A DNA stretch of 58,527 nt, filler included, from Basidioascus undulatus (GCA_000826855.1; 4 parts of 4 records of this genome joined end to end with filler, not necessarily neighbours in it), one strand, 5' to 3'; counted from the first letter of the whole stretch, positions 36,027 through 49,062 are shown. Notes: generated by a model from the letters alone, not told the origin. Numbers and translations are program-made.

Positions 36027-39000
36027 TTACATTAATTTCACCTTGGATGCAGGACTCAAGCAGCCGATGATGCCACGCGGGGTGCGGGGTGCGACAGTCT
36101 TGAAAGCAGCAGGCAGCGCTCTGCTCTGGCCGCACCTGAGCTCCCAGCTATCTAAAGTCAACTGGATATGAGGGAATATCAAAACATACGCTCTCTGAGT
36201 ACACACCAATTTTTGCACTTGTGCAGCAATGGGAGTTGGGCAGAAGCCAGCAGGTGCAAGCAGCGAAGCCGTGAGCCGGCTCCCCCGCCGGCCCTCCCGC
36301 GCAATTTCAGGGCGACACGTCCACTCCGCGTCCGCGTGCTGTCGTGGATCGGGACCATCACCGCCATCAACGCCCCACGGGAACTGTATCATAAATTGAC
36401 TTGACTTGTCTCTGCCTCTCACAGTGCAATATCCCCTCTCTTGAGGCCCCATCCCCCAGCTCCAGTAGCAGCTCACTGCTCCCCTCTCTCCTCTTCCCAA
36501 CATCCCGCTCTTCGCGGCCCAAAACTGCATCCTCCGCTCCCGCTTCTCCTTCTGCTCCGCCGTCTCCTCCTTCCTTTCCCCCTCCTTCTCCTCCGGGGCA
36601 GGAGCCAAGCTGGCCGAAGCATGCAAGTAAGGCGACGCCCCGCCGTCGTCCGAGCCGGAGGAGGACGTCTCGGAGGGGACGTACGTCACTGCGGGCGCGG
36701 TCGTGCGCGCGCGTTTCCGCGCACGGGGGTTGGGGGTCGAGGAGAGGTGGTGCGCGTAGCGCGAGTCTTCGTCGGCCGAGGGGGAGCCTATGATGTGGAC
36801 GGCGGAGAAGTCGGAGGAATCGGAGTCGGAATCAGAGGAGGAATCAGAGGGGGAACCAGAGGAGTCGGAGTCAGAGGAATCGGAAGATGAGGAAGAAGAG
36901 AACGAGGACGAGGACGAGGAGGATGAGGAGCTGGAGGAGATGGAGACGATGGAGTTGGAGTGCGGGCGCTTGTTGGGTGCGGAGGTAGATGTGGGGGGCT
37001 TGGCGGACGCCGCGCGCGAGGGGGCGGAAGAGGACGGGCCGGCGGAAGGAGGGGGCAGGCCAAGCTTGGCCTGGAGCGTCCCGCTCGCGTGGAGCTCGCA
37101 GGTCAGTCGGCGGTGGTTCATTACCTGTCCATCCCCAACACACCCACATCAGCTTCTTACATTCCACATAGGCTACACAGACCGGGAGGGGGGGAAGGGG
37201 GGGAGACAAGCGGCGTATGGGTGACGTACAGCGGACGGGATCCCCATGACGCTCGCAAGCAAGCTCTTCTCGTCCGCGGAGCACTTGGCTCCCCCGCGCA
37301 GGTCGAGATGCCTGCCCTGCCGGCGGGCGTGCATCTCGGCCCCGCATGCGTACAGCCGCGCGGAGAGGAGGTCAAAAGCGCCTGCGAGCGTCTGGCGCAC
37401 GCGGATGATCCCGTATGAGCCTTTGGAGATGTCGTTGGCTGGTCCGCGGGCCGCAGGTTTAGGGTCAGTGGCCTGGCGCGGACGGGACGGGATGGGAAAG
37501 TGGGAAGGAGGGGCAAAAGACAGTGGAAAGGCGCAGGGGTGGGCAGGAGAAAGGCACGGGGAAGGAGAAGTGGGAGGAGGAAGAAGAAGGAGACGAAGAA
37601 AAGGGGAAGGAGGAGGGGAAGGGACGCACTCGGGTCCTGCGGGTCCTCAATGCTCAGCAGATAAGGCTGCCCGTGCGTGAACCAGCCCTTGCGCGTCTTG
37701 GAGTAGTAACCCCCAAAGCCGCGCACAGTGATGCCCGTCGCGTCGTAGTTGAAGTGCTTGCCGTAGAGCTCGAAGAACTCGAGCAGGAGGACACCGAGGT
37801 TCTCGGTCGGGGAGATCTCGCCTCGGCGGATTTTGGGGTGGACCTGGGCCGCACACGTTTTGTCAGTCCCCAGACGAAGCAAAAACGGAGATACGGAGAA
37901 AGCAGGGAAGGAGGTGGGGAAGGAAAGGGAGAGGGAGGGAAAGCGGACCTGAAGGAAAGATATCGCGAGGCAAATGACGGTGTACGACCCGATCCCGCCC
38001 GTGTAGACCTCGTTCATGCCGCGCTGGGAGAGGAACGCCTTGATGACCATCACGAGCGGGCGGAGGGCCGGCAAGGCGCGCAGGTACCCGTTCACGATCT
38101 GCCCCGCCGAGACGCCGTTGGTCTGATTGAGGGAGATGTCGATTGGGTAACGCCCTGGCGAGCGCGGCGGGTAGTATCAGCTTTCTGAAGGCACAGCGAC
38201 TAGGAAACGTGGGCGAGGGAAGAGGGAGAGGGAGGGGAAACGGAAGAGGGGAAGGGAAGAGGGGACCCACCGTACGAAGACACGAACTTAACGATAGGCA
38301 CCTTGGCCTTCGCAATGACCTGCACCTGCTCCGCGAGGTTCGCGCGGCGCAGGATGCTCGCGAGCGTGTGGAGCACGCTCACGCGGTTCTGGCTCGCCAT
38401 GCGCTCGGAGGTGACGACCAAATCGATGTCCCTGTCGCGCACACCTTTCCCATCAGCTCCCAGGCTCCAACTCCCGGGAAAATGGTAGGGGAAAGGGAGT
38501 GACCCACCCATCAGGCAAGTACAGCCTCGTCTCGAACGACCCAAAGGGGAGGACCTCCGCGTCTGGCCACTGGGCGCGGATCGTGCGCCGGATGCACTCG
38601 ACGACTTGTGCGCGCGTCGCGTGCTCCTCCTCGCTCGGCGCAACGTACTTCGCGAACGCGTCGATCTCGCGGTGCAGCCTATCACCCACCCCCTCCCACA
38701 TCAGCTCACAGAAACCAATGGGGGAAAGGGGGCACACGCACAGCTCCGCCGGATTCAGCGCGTCCTCCCAGTCCACATCCACCGCCCACGGCGTCTTCCT
38801 TGCCATCTCGCGCTCCTCCTCCTTCTTGCTCTTCCTCCGCGGCTCGTCCCTCCGCCCACCCCCTCCGCGCTCCATCTCCTCCGCCCGGCGCTTCTTCCCG
38901 CGCGGGCCGGCGGAGGAGGAGGACGTCGCGGCAGGCGGGGGTGACGCGGGAGGGGAGAAATCGAAGCGGATGAAGTCGGCTTGGAGGGCCGCGGCGGAGG

Positions 39001-39121
39001 AGGAGGACGAGGAAGCGGTGGTCGGCTTGGGCTTGGGGAGAGGGCGCGTCGCGGAGGCTAGCAGGCGGGAGGTTGCGGGAGGGAGCGTCGAGGAGGACGC
39101 GAGTGATGGGGGATCGCCCAT
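36027..39121 (-). CDS. TRF4: Non-canonical poly(A) polymerase, Trf4/Cid14/PAPD5 family (TRAMP); 3' end uncertain
   Basis: LHREIDAF..PFGSFETRLYLPDG|DIDLVV; AKAKVPIVKF; QRGMNEVYTGGIGSY; NLGVLLLEFFELYG..LSIEDPQDP; followed by a Ser/Asp-rich tail. Confidence 0.93.
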
Positions 39122-39327
39122 TTCTGAGGGCGTATTTACAGGCGAATTTGGAGGAGTCAGTGAGTGAGGAAGCCAGTCCGGGCTCACATCGCAAGCTGAG
39201 ATTTGGGATTACCCTTTCGGAAATAAGAATTCCATTAGGGCAGCTTAGAAGGTTATCGCCGACAGTATTCCGGAAGCCCCTTCCCCTCCTGCCATCACAC
39301 CCTACCTTCACACTCTCCAAACCAACC

Positions 39328-39713
39328 ATGCACCCACATTTACTAACCGAAGCGAAGCAGCAGGGTACTTTCCCTTTCTCCTCCCACTCACTCTCCGGGC
39401 CCAGCTCAGCCCACCCCTCCTTCCCCTCCCCCACAGCCTGCAAAGAGTACATCGCCCAGCTCGAGGAGTGCCACGCGCGCGGGTTTATCGCGCGCTCCAC
39501 GGGCGTGTGCAACGAGCAGAAGCACGCGCTGACGATGTGCTTGCGCGGGGAGGTACGTCCTCTCCTCTTTCCCTGCTTGGAGGGTAGCCGGACGCTGAGA
39601 TGGATTGGGCTGGGACACAGCGGTTAGAGCGCACGAAGCGGAATCGGGAGGAGGCGGACAGGCGGAACGAGATTAAGCGAAAGGCGTGGGAGAAGCTGGA
39701 GGCGGAGTCCTGA
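39328..39713 (+). CDS. CMC2: Twin-CX9C cytochrome c oxidase assembly protein Cmc2, two introns
   Basis: MHPHLLTEAKQQ|ACKEYIAQLEECHARGFIARSTGVCNEQKHALTMCLRGE|RLERTKRNREE..ES*. Two CX9C motifs and an MHPHL start. Confidence 0.9.
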
Positions 39714-41320
39714 GGGTCGGACCGAGAGGGGAGGAGAGAGGGGGAGTGGACTACTTCGACATTGTTTTTTCTGGGTTTTGTTTTCGCTCACTACGTTTCT
39801 CGCATCGCATCGCAATCGCATCACTCCTCATCACTCTTAACCACTGGCACGCCGTTCCGAGCGCGTGTGGGCCTGGTTTATCGATCGATTGGGCTGTGGC
39901 CGACTCTCACACGACGTCCCCCGCTGCTCTGACTATTCATCGACGCGCGCATTCTTTCGCAGGCTTCTTTTCCCAGGCCATGCTACACTGCACTGCTCAT
40001 GATCAAAGTCACTACTCCCGTCTCCTATCCCTCGGCTCCCTCAAGCGCGGGCTCGTCCTCCGCGGGCTCCTCCATTCCCAGACGCAACCCAGTCCTCCCC
40101 ATCTCTCCGCCTCACGCCCGCGACCGCATACTCGGAGACAATGCGTGTCTGGCTGGATCATTTGACTTGACCGCGGTTCGGGTTCTGACGGGGCCGGCGG
40201 AAGGTGGGGAAGCTGTCCTTGGCTGCCCGCGTCCTGCGCGCGGCGAGTTCGAAGTTTGTTGAGGAGTCGGACGTGCGTCGGTCTACATCATGTGTCGCTG
40301 GCGGACGCACGAGCTGTGTTCGGCTTCAGCTATGGAACAGCGCGCGTCGGTTCGCTTCACAGAAGGAGCGACACCACTGTCCAGCGAACGCCCCGACCTA
40401 ACTTCTCAACCGTCGGCCGACTTATGCGTCAGTTCCATACAGTGCTGTCCCGCCTGATCTTTCCGGCGAACTCCTGCTCAGCTCGGGTAGTTCGTCAGAG
40501 TTGGCAGTCGCTTGCTGGGAGGGCCGAGGTCGTCCGGACCTTTTCATGTCCCTTAGGCTCACGCTGGGCTGCCGCATCTACAAAATCAAAAACGAAGAAT
40601 AAGATCGATCAAAAATGAAGCAAACAAATATACAAACCGAAATTCCCCAACCCAGCAGTCTTGTCTTCCCACCAGCCGCCCGCGCTGACGCGAGCGCATC
40701 CCGACCTCCAGCACGCTTTGCACAGGGTTCGCCAGAGAGATGTGCAGGGGCTGTTTCGGCGGTCATCAAGGCTGGGGCGTGAGGATCCCCCCTCGGAACC
40801 TCACGGTGACCGCGCAGGATTCGCTGTCTCGTGTTAGGCGGGCGCTGTGCACAAATTTCGCCTCATCTCGCTTTCCTTGACGTTTTGACAGACAGGATAT
40901 CAAATCGATTACACCCTCATTTGCAAAATTCGTTGTGTTCTCGGAACGAGCTTCCGCGTTTCGATGGCAGTGAAGCGGTAGCAGGGTCTGCCGCTGTCGA
41001 TCCCACAACTCATAGCGCGCATCGCATTCCCACATGGATTTTCTGCGCATTGGAGTGCAAACGTGCGGCAGAGTGCTGTGTTTGCGGCATGCGCCTGACT
41101 TCCGGTTAGAGGGAGTTTTCCGTTGCTTGGATTTCAGTCCCTCGAAGGTGAAGCAAAATGGGGTACATCGCCAATCCCGGCTGGAACAACGTGGCAACGT
41201 GGCATGGAGCGTCCCGCATCCCAGAAATGACGTTCCCGCCGCGCCGGCGCCTAGCTGAAATTTCTCGTCAACTTACCCCGGCCCTTTGCCCACGAACTGC
41301 CACCACCGAACCTCACCACC

Positions 41321-42300
41321 ATGGTAGTCCTCCTCGACCTCCCCAACGAGCTGCTCGCCAAAGTTGTCCGGTTCACCGCAAGCGAATCGACCGGGCATGA
41401 TCCAGCTGTCCAGCTTCTTTTTGTCTTTCACTCGTCTGTTGCCGGCTACAGGCACTTACGGAGCCCATTCTATACCGGTCCCTGTCGTTTCGACGCTTAC
41501 GAGGATGGCTCAACGGGCAGCGCTTCCTCACGCGCCATCCTCAACCGCCCTGAGCTCGCAGCCCACGTCCATCACGTCGATGTTCAATTTTGCTTTGACC
41601 AAGAGAAAAGTTCAGAGCAGGGGACGGATGCGGATTCCTAGGACTGAAGTGCCTGGTGACAGCAGCAAAAGCTCGCGGTCTCTCCCATTTGCTGTTTTCC
41701 TCGTCTAAGCAAGTCGTCTTGCTGCTCGAACTACTCCCGTCTCTGCAGTCCCTCGAGCTTGGCCCGCCTCGCAACGACAACTTTCCTTTCGGCACCATCA
41801 CGTGCAGCGTTCCCCAAGGCCTCCAGTCTCTGCGCCTGCTTATCCTGCATTGGAATTGGGACGGGGGCAGTTTCGATTTCGGCTCCATTGCCCCCTACGT
41901 CGCTTTCCCCTCGCTACTCTGTCTCACAGCGTACCACCTCGACGCAGGCGTCTAGGATTTCGAAGGACACACCGCCGCCGTGCCGGGCTCTTCGACCCTC
42001 ACTGAGCTGAGATTCTTGAACAGTGCTATCGATAACGCAGTCATGGCCCGTATCCTTGCCATTCCCCGGACACTGATGCACTTTTGAGTATCGGTTCACG
42101 CCAGTCCGTCCGGGTGCGGCCACGCTTTTACTGCCCGCCTACTTGGTGAAGGACTGCGCACGCACACCCAGCGCTCGCTCACGCACCTGAAGCTTTCGAG
42201 CGGCTTCAAGGACAACATCATCACCGGAACGCCTGGCTCGCTTCGGGAAAACTTAGACCAACTCAGTGGCATTGCCAGCCCCTTCAGTCTTCTTCTCGGC
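41321..42300 (+). pseudogene. F-box/leucine-rich protein pseudogene
   Basis: MVVLLDLPNELLAKVV (F-box start), ILNRPELAAHV, LLELLPSLQSLEL, SSTLTELRFLNSAID. In-frame TAG at ~41639 and ~41953. Confidence 0.8.
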
Positions 42301-42479
42301 ACGCCGCAGTCTCGTCTCATTGTTCACTTTCGCAAGACACCGAACTGCACTCGTAACAAGTAACACAGCCCGCCCCCGTACGTTATCCCTCAGAACCGGA
42401 GCGTAGCCAGGAACCCAGCCCTCCGCAGCTTGTGCAGCGGGACGGCGTATTCCTGCTCTGGCAAGCTCTCCAGAAAACC

Positions 42480-43170
42480 TTACGCTGAAAATCCTAATTT
42501 TGTGCTTATACAATACTATTCATTGTGATCCACCGCGAAGATGACCATTCCTCCCCTCACAGGGAGGGAGACAGAGGTTTCGGTTGACGGCTTCTCGTGC
42601 CTTCGTATAAGCGACTAGCAGATGGGCGTCCTGAATACTCTCATCCGCGCTGCTCCGGATGCCTTGAACATTACATTCGAACATGCCCTGCTTTGCATGT
42701 TTTAGTTTCCAGGGCTCAAGCTTGTTCAATGGGCTATGAGAAACCTGTGTTCGGTGCGACCGAGTGGACGCTGATCGCATTGAGGCTCGTGTGTGCCAGA
42801 GGGAATAGCTTTTTTTTGGATAACTTAGTGAAGATTCGCGTTAAACTACTTGTGTTTATTTTCAAGAACAAGGGGTGATACATGGCTAATGGGGCCTGCC
42901 CTGCCGACAGCAGGATAGTTTCACACTCGAACATCTCTCGGGAATCTAAAGTTCCCATTTTTTGAAAGAAGATGCACCATCGGATATGGCTTTATCGTGA
43001 AAAGTGGATCCATCACATCCGACCATTGGGGATCCCTTTGATCAAGTGAGAGCCACTCTGTGATGCTGGGAGACTGTCTGCCCCCTCCCCTCAAAGCTCA
43101 ATGGCCCAACTGAGTATTTCCGTGCAACTTGAATGATACAAAAATTATATCCCTTTAAAGAACAAAGCTA
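42480..43170. mobile_element. Possible non-autonomous DNA-transposon relic
   Basis: AT-richer non-coding block. The right end reads TTAA-AGGGATA on the minus strand (~43148-43159). No matching left terminus was found. Confidence 0.25.
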
Positions 43171-44878
43171 TACCAGAAGGCAGAGACCAGCCGGCTCTTC
43201 GCAGCACAGCGCCAGATTCGAGCATGCGCTCTGTTCAACTTCCGACGTGCGGTTCAAATCAACAGACCTCATCACTCTGGACTCCCTCCGGCTACCTCAC
43301 CTCTTATTCCCTCACACCTCGAACTTCTCGAAATTCTGGCTCTCGCTTTCAATAGCACCCTACCTCGCATCGCTTGTCCGTCTTGCGTTGCTTTCGGTCG
43401 GCAAATTCGAGTCCCTCAGGCTCGCCAGCTGCTTCATTCCATCACTCGACTCGATCGAATGGCCGCTGCCTTTTCTTTTCACCCAGCGTATCACATCCCT
43501 GCGAAATCACGTCCACTTTCCGCGACGACGAAGAGCGGAAGGTCTACCTGGACGTCACGCCCGATGAAGCCTCTTTTTCGACTTCGAAACCCCCTTCGAG
43601 ATATCACCACATACAGCCGGGGGACCCGTTGTGGCTCACCATCCTTCAGAAGCTCCTCTCCGCTCCTTCTTCGGCTGCGCGGATCGAGCGTTTCACCACG
43701 AAGTGCACCTTTGACTCTCCGACATCGCAAGAGTTTCCGAACACTGAGATCCTTTTAAGAGGGTGCATAACTAAACTTCGACACCTGCAGCAAAACACAA
43801 GTCACGAATCAGAAGAACGTGTGTTGCTCCGCTTGAGTGGAAACGCGCTGTCCGGTGTTTCCGACAGGCACAATCTTGAAAAGTTTCTTTTTGCAGGCCT
43901 GAAGAACCTGTCAGATTAGACATCCGATATGAGACCCCAAAGCGCGACGGCGCGAACACAGACCCTCGTCAGCCAACCATGCTGCTCTCGCTGCAGCCTT
44001 CAGCGTCAGCAGTCAGCGCTGTGCTTTCGCTCGGGCTGATCGAAGGTTGAGAACCTGAAAATGATGGGAATTTGCTGAGGTAGTTGTTTCCTGAAACAGT
44101 GCAAAGTTACAAGGTCCCATTTTCAAGATCAAGTCGGACTGGGTAGGTCAAGGGACAGCTCGAGCTCCAAAGGTGCGCCTTTCCTTTGCACGATCAGCGC
44201 AGTTGACACTGGACACTGACTGACAACAATTAACACATGCCCACAGCCGAACAAGGTCTTGGGACTCGCTTCGACCTACAATGGTACTGAATTGATGACC
44301 GCCTTCTGGAGCAGATCGTCGACAGTACGCGGTTTTCTTTATTTTTTTCTTGCTTCTCTTTCTTCCTCGCTTGCCCCATGGCGCTAATGCCTGGCCATTT
44401 TGCCGCAGTGGTGCATGACCCCACTCTTCCTGCGTCCAAGATCAACCCAGTACCGAAGAAGCACGTTCGTCAGCTCCTAGGGGGTGGGGTTCTTCCGTCT
44501 CGTTTCGTCGAGGACCCGGATTCGGAGTAGCCCGAGGAGTTGCCGTCTTCTGTGAGGCGAAGGGGTCCACGCTCGTAATGTGGCCAGCCCCTATAGATAC
44601 CGGGATGGCTGCATGAATTCCTTGCTGTCAGCCTGACAGCAAGAACCGGACAGTGTCACGTTCGAACGATTCGTTCGTTCGATTTGTTTCATCACTTACA
44701 GCAACCAGCTTGGCTTGATCGACGTCTTATTCCTTTTTGGCTGTTATCTTGTCCCATCAGTGCGTTTGACGATTTGAAAGTGAGGACACTCGAGCGTCAG
44801 GGTAACTGTACCTGGCGCTACCAGCTGCCTCTGCTCTGGCCCGCTTTTGACCGCATCACTTGTGTGTCAACCCTCACA

Positions 44879-46294
44879 ATGTTGTCCGCCTTCGATACTT
44901 TAGGGGACTAGGATAGCCCTAATTCCTCGTCTCCAGGCTCATCTCCTGATCCTAGCGACGTGCAACGGTTCTGCTATACTCCGGAGGTAAGGGATCGACT
45001 GACGGGTCCCGCCTCACAGGCTGGCACTCCTCCCCCAAAAACCATGGGCCTCATGAGCGCCCCCAGCGCCATCACTTGTCTCAAGCTATGAATCTAGCCT
45101 ACCGTCTGCTCCACCTCCCTATCAATATCGAATTGAGTCGCGCAGCTGCTACGCAGTGACCCAAATGTCAACAGCGTCGCCACTGCCGCGGAACGGGAGG
45201 AAGCCCGGGACTGGCTTGGGAGGAGGCCTTATTTGGTAGTTGATGATCAAATGCTATTGAGCCAGCGCTGGAATCACGATGAGGACAAGGAGGATGCTTG
45301 GGTTGTAATCCGCGGCGAGGTGCGTTGTCGCTTTCACGAATGAGATTCATTGATAACTGATCGCCCATTGTGGGCAATTTCCAGCGCTTGGACGACCTCG
45401 TAGAAGCTGGTGCACTTCAAAACCGGCGATTCTATGTCTACCAGCTCGTCTTCCTTGCGGCGCTCATCGTCCACGAGTTGGGCCACGCCCTCCGCGCCTC
45501 GAAGTTTGGAAAGAGCGACCGAATTCCACCCCGTTTCTCATTTCTCCCAAAACAGGTCGGGAACCGCTTATACAGGAGGGGGGGTGCGAGGTGGAGGGTG
45601 AGCCGGGATGGTATTTGGAGCGGAAGATCTTCGGGGGCAGGTTGGCTTTTGCCCTGCCAGACGGAAGAGCTCGACTAGCCGTGCGCGTACGCCTGTTCCT
45701 GCCACGATCACCTCGTGTGAATGTGTCGATGATGATCAGGGCTTCCAGAATCGCCAGAAATGGTAGAACGTATTGCATTTCTGGGGGGTAACCTTTTGTG
45801 CTATCAGATCGAGGACAGCCTGTTCGAGCAGATCGTAAGCGGCGCGCGCTTTTCTTTCCGACCTGCTCCCTTGGTTAAAAAAACCGCCTATGACGTCATT
45901 TGCATTTCTGACAGATACTCAGACTGCACCGCTTCCTGCTCAGAAGGTTAACTGGATCTCCTCGAAGGACGTCCAGGAGCGTGAGCTGGAGAGGGTGCTG
46001 CGCAGCGACTTGATCATGCCGGACCGATCCCAGCTGCTTCCACCCATCGTTCGACTCGATCGAATGCCCCCTGGCTTTTCGCTCGAACGAGCCTACTCCA
46101 TCGGCGCGAAACCGCCTTTGGCAGCCGCTTCGACGGGCAAACCCTCAGGGTCCCTGACAATGTCGTACCCGACAGGACTATTGGACCCAGTCGCTAAACT
46201 TTCCTGTAACTGCAGGTCTGCCCTACCACTGCGGCAGCGCTGCGCCTGCTTCCCGATTTACGCCCATTCACTCTCAAGTCCCAATCGCTCGTAG
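44879..46294 (+). pseudogene. HExxH zincin-like protein, disrupted
   Basis: ..DWLGRRPYLVVDD..VIRGE|RLDDL..LAALIVHELGHALR..IPP..GEPGWYLERKIFGG. Stops occur in the N-terminal part, and there is a frameshift in the G run at ~45577-45585. Confidence 0.65.
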
Positions 46295-47086
46295 ACTTGC
46301 GATTCGACCGGGAGCTCCTTTCCGCTATCGCATCGCTCTCCCATCTCGAGTCCTACAGCACTTTCATATACACACCTCCTCCCATGGTCGACCGTCTCGG
46401 ACTTACCCTTCCAAAACGTCTCTTTCTCTCGGCGGAGTGGTGCCAGTGGGCCCATGAGGGTGCTTAGGTGGAGATCGGTCGCGCTCGGCTCTGGAACGGC
46501 TTCCTCGATGAGGAGGGGCAAAGGCTCGAACGCTCAGAGATCGACTTTTACGGCTCACGCCACTACTATTAAGTCAACCATCAGTTCGAAGTTTCTCAGC
46601 GCTTCATCAACACCCTCGAGGTGCTCCTCAACGGGGCGGAGCTTCCTGCTCTCCGCGAGATTGCTGTGACAGGCTTGAACTTTGCAGGCAAAGTCTGTCA
46701 CGCTGGGCAGCCCGCTGGTTGCTCCGACCTGAGTGTTGCACAAGGACATTGATAACCCATACAAATGTGTCTCTCTACCTCACATCTGTCCCAATTAGGA
46801 GCCGCCTGGATTGAATAGGCGGTCTGAACGAGCGGCCATCAGGATATCAACCGCAACGACGCGCAGAGTGGTCACTTGTCAGTCTGAGATATATATCCAA
46901 CGCCAGCTTCAAAGCTCCGTACCAACATATTTTTGTACGAGAAAGTAGATTGTGAGTTTTAAGAGAAAAATGTGAGCGTGCACCAGAACAAAAACGCGCG
47001 TGGAGCCCTTACGTACAAGTCGTGACAAAACCGCCGCCCTGCCTTCTCCCGCGCCCCCTGCACTCCATGCTTTCCCTCCTGCCATC

Positions 47087-48926
47087 ATGCCCCTTCCCCT
47101 CCCCGATTCCCTGCCGCTTGACCTATGGCACCTCATAGCGTCCTTCGTCTGTCCCTCCGAGCTGCTCCCCTGGCTCGGCGTGGCGCCCCTCACGTCCGCA
47201 GCGCACATGCACGACGCCGCCTTCCCGCTGGTCTTTGAGCGGCTCTGGCTCGCCGTCGACCCGGAGGACCTGTTCGTCCCCCTGACGACGCTCGCGCAGT
47301 ACCTGCGCGAGGACGCGCTGGCCGGGGTGCTGAGGGATATTACTGTTCTCTGGGGCGAGCGGAGGTTCACGAGGCCGGAGGAGGGGATGGGGGCGGTGCT
47401 TGGGGTCGGGGTGATGCAGAGGCAGTGGGCGCGGGCGCGGAGAGAAATCATGCTTCGTGAGTCGTTGTGGGATGAATCTTGATTGTTAATCTTTAACCCA
47501 ATCTGTTCATTGGCATTCTTCGCCAGAGCTGTGCCAGCTGCTTGCAAGGGTAGAGACGCTTCGGTCTTTCGCCTGGGAGCACGGCGGCTTTGGTCCGCTC
47601 GGCTCGTCGAACCTGCCCGCGCCGCTCCTCCCAGCTCTGGAAAAGCACATGTGCACCCTCACGACTCTCCGAATATCGTGCGCACTTCCTCTCTTCCTCG
47701 ACCACGCACTTCGTTAAGCTCGCCCTTCGAACAGCGACTGCGCCTTCTCCTCCCCTCTCGACCTCCGCGCCGCAACGTCGCTCGAGTCTCTCACGCTCCA
47801 TGGCATCCGACTGCATGTCACCCCCTCCTCCGACACTCCCCCCGGGCCCTTCTTTCTTCTCTCTCCCTCGGCCCAGCTCACCTCCCTCGCCCTGCACGAC
47901 CTCTCGACCGTCCCCGTCCTGTTCTCCGAAGAGTCCGGCCTACCGGAGATGCCGCCCCTCCTGCGCTTGCTCGACCTCTCCCACGTCCGCGCGCTCTCGC
48001 TCGCGAACTTCGCCCTCTCTCGCTCCGACTTCCTCTACATCTTCGACCATGGTTCCATTCTCGACGACTCCCCTTCCCCTCCCCCGGCCGCACTGCGCCT
48101 AGGCTGCGCGTTCGAGTCCCTCGAACTAGTCAGCGTGGCCGAGCTAATCCGGCTCGCTCTCTACCTCCACTGCGCCCCGGCTTTCCCGTCCCTTTCCTCC
48201 CTCCGGATGTACCTCCCCCCTTCTGAGCTCGCCCACGCGCGCCCCTTGGCCCCCGCGAGCCCAGCGGACCAGATCGGATACTTCTTCTTCATCCTCGCGG
48301 AGTTCCTCGAGAAGCAGCGCGCTCTGCAGGAGGTCTCGGTCGGCGTGGATCAGGGGGTGCACCACCTCGAGGAGGACTTCGTCCTCGAGGGGATCCGCTC
48401 GGGCGCGCTGGAGAAGAACTTGGGGTGCGCGAGGGAGCTGCACGCTGCGCTGGGGAAGCTCGCGAAACTCGAAACTCTCGTTTTGTCGCTCTTCTCCCTC
48501 AACGATTCGGCTTTGCGCTCTCTTGGTGCTTTCGCGGGCGCGCTTCCGGCCCTGAAGACGCTGGGCGTGCGCACGTTCCTGAATGGCTTGCGGGGCGAAC
48601 CTTCCGTGAGGATCTTCTCCCCACTCTCTCCCTCCTCGTTGTTTACACATCGCTAACTACTCCCCCCAAACAACAGTATCGCACCCTCTCCCTCCACATA
48701 TCCTCCTTCCCAGCCCTCCAGTCCTTCACGTACCACACCCTCGTTGGGAACCACGACGCACTCGACCGCGTGCTGAGCCAGGGGATCGCGGCCGCGCTCG
48801 CCCAGCGACAGCCGCGCACGCTCAGCAAGGTGCTGGTCAATCGGGACGTGTATGCGCTGGAGGAGGATGGGGAGGGGCAGGAGGAGGGCTTGGGCGTCAG
48901 GGCGAGATTGTTGGATCCGATGCAGG
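47087..48926 (+). CDS. F-box-like/leucine-rich-repeat protein, 3'-truncated by the gap
   Basis: SLPLDLWHLIASFV start, followed by LRR-like units (FPSLSSLRMYL, LAKLETLVL, LPALKTLGV, FPALQSFTY). GT-AG introns. Confidence 0.7.
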
Positions 48927-49026
48927 NNNNNNNNNNNNNNNNNNNNNNNNNNNNNNNNNNNNNNNNNNNNTTAATTAATTAANNNNNNNNNNNNNNNNNN
49001 NNNNNNNNNNNNNNNNNNNNNNNNNN
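48927..49026. other. Artificial contig-join spacer
   Basis: N44-TTAATTAATTAA (48971-48982)-N44. Confidence 0.97.
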
Positions 49027-49031
49027 CACTA

Positions 49032-49062
49032 GATCAACTACACCGAATTCGTCAACATGATG
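49032..49062 (+). CDS. C-terminal EF-hand exon of a calmodulin/myosin-light-chain-like protein (fragment)
   Basis: tag|ATCAACTACACCGAATTCGTCAACATGATG|gt = INYTEFVNMM, compared with calmodulin INYEEFVKMM. Confidence 0.7.

Noticed and set aside
36790..37224. Acidic plus-strand ORF (poly E/S)
   Set aside because: It is the antisense of the Ser/Asp-rich TRF4 tail.
22078..39121. BRR2, DUS1 and TRF4 as an RNA-processing gene cluster
   Set aside because: They act in different pathways and are separated by unrelated DNA. There is no evidence beyond proximity.
39980..40280. Coding-like GC-rich fragment (similar ones at 10854-11315 and 53052-53545)
   Set aside because: The frames are broken and there is no identifiable homology, so nothing is supportable.
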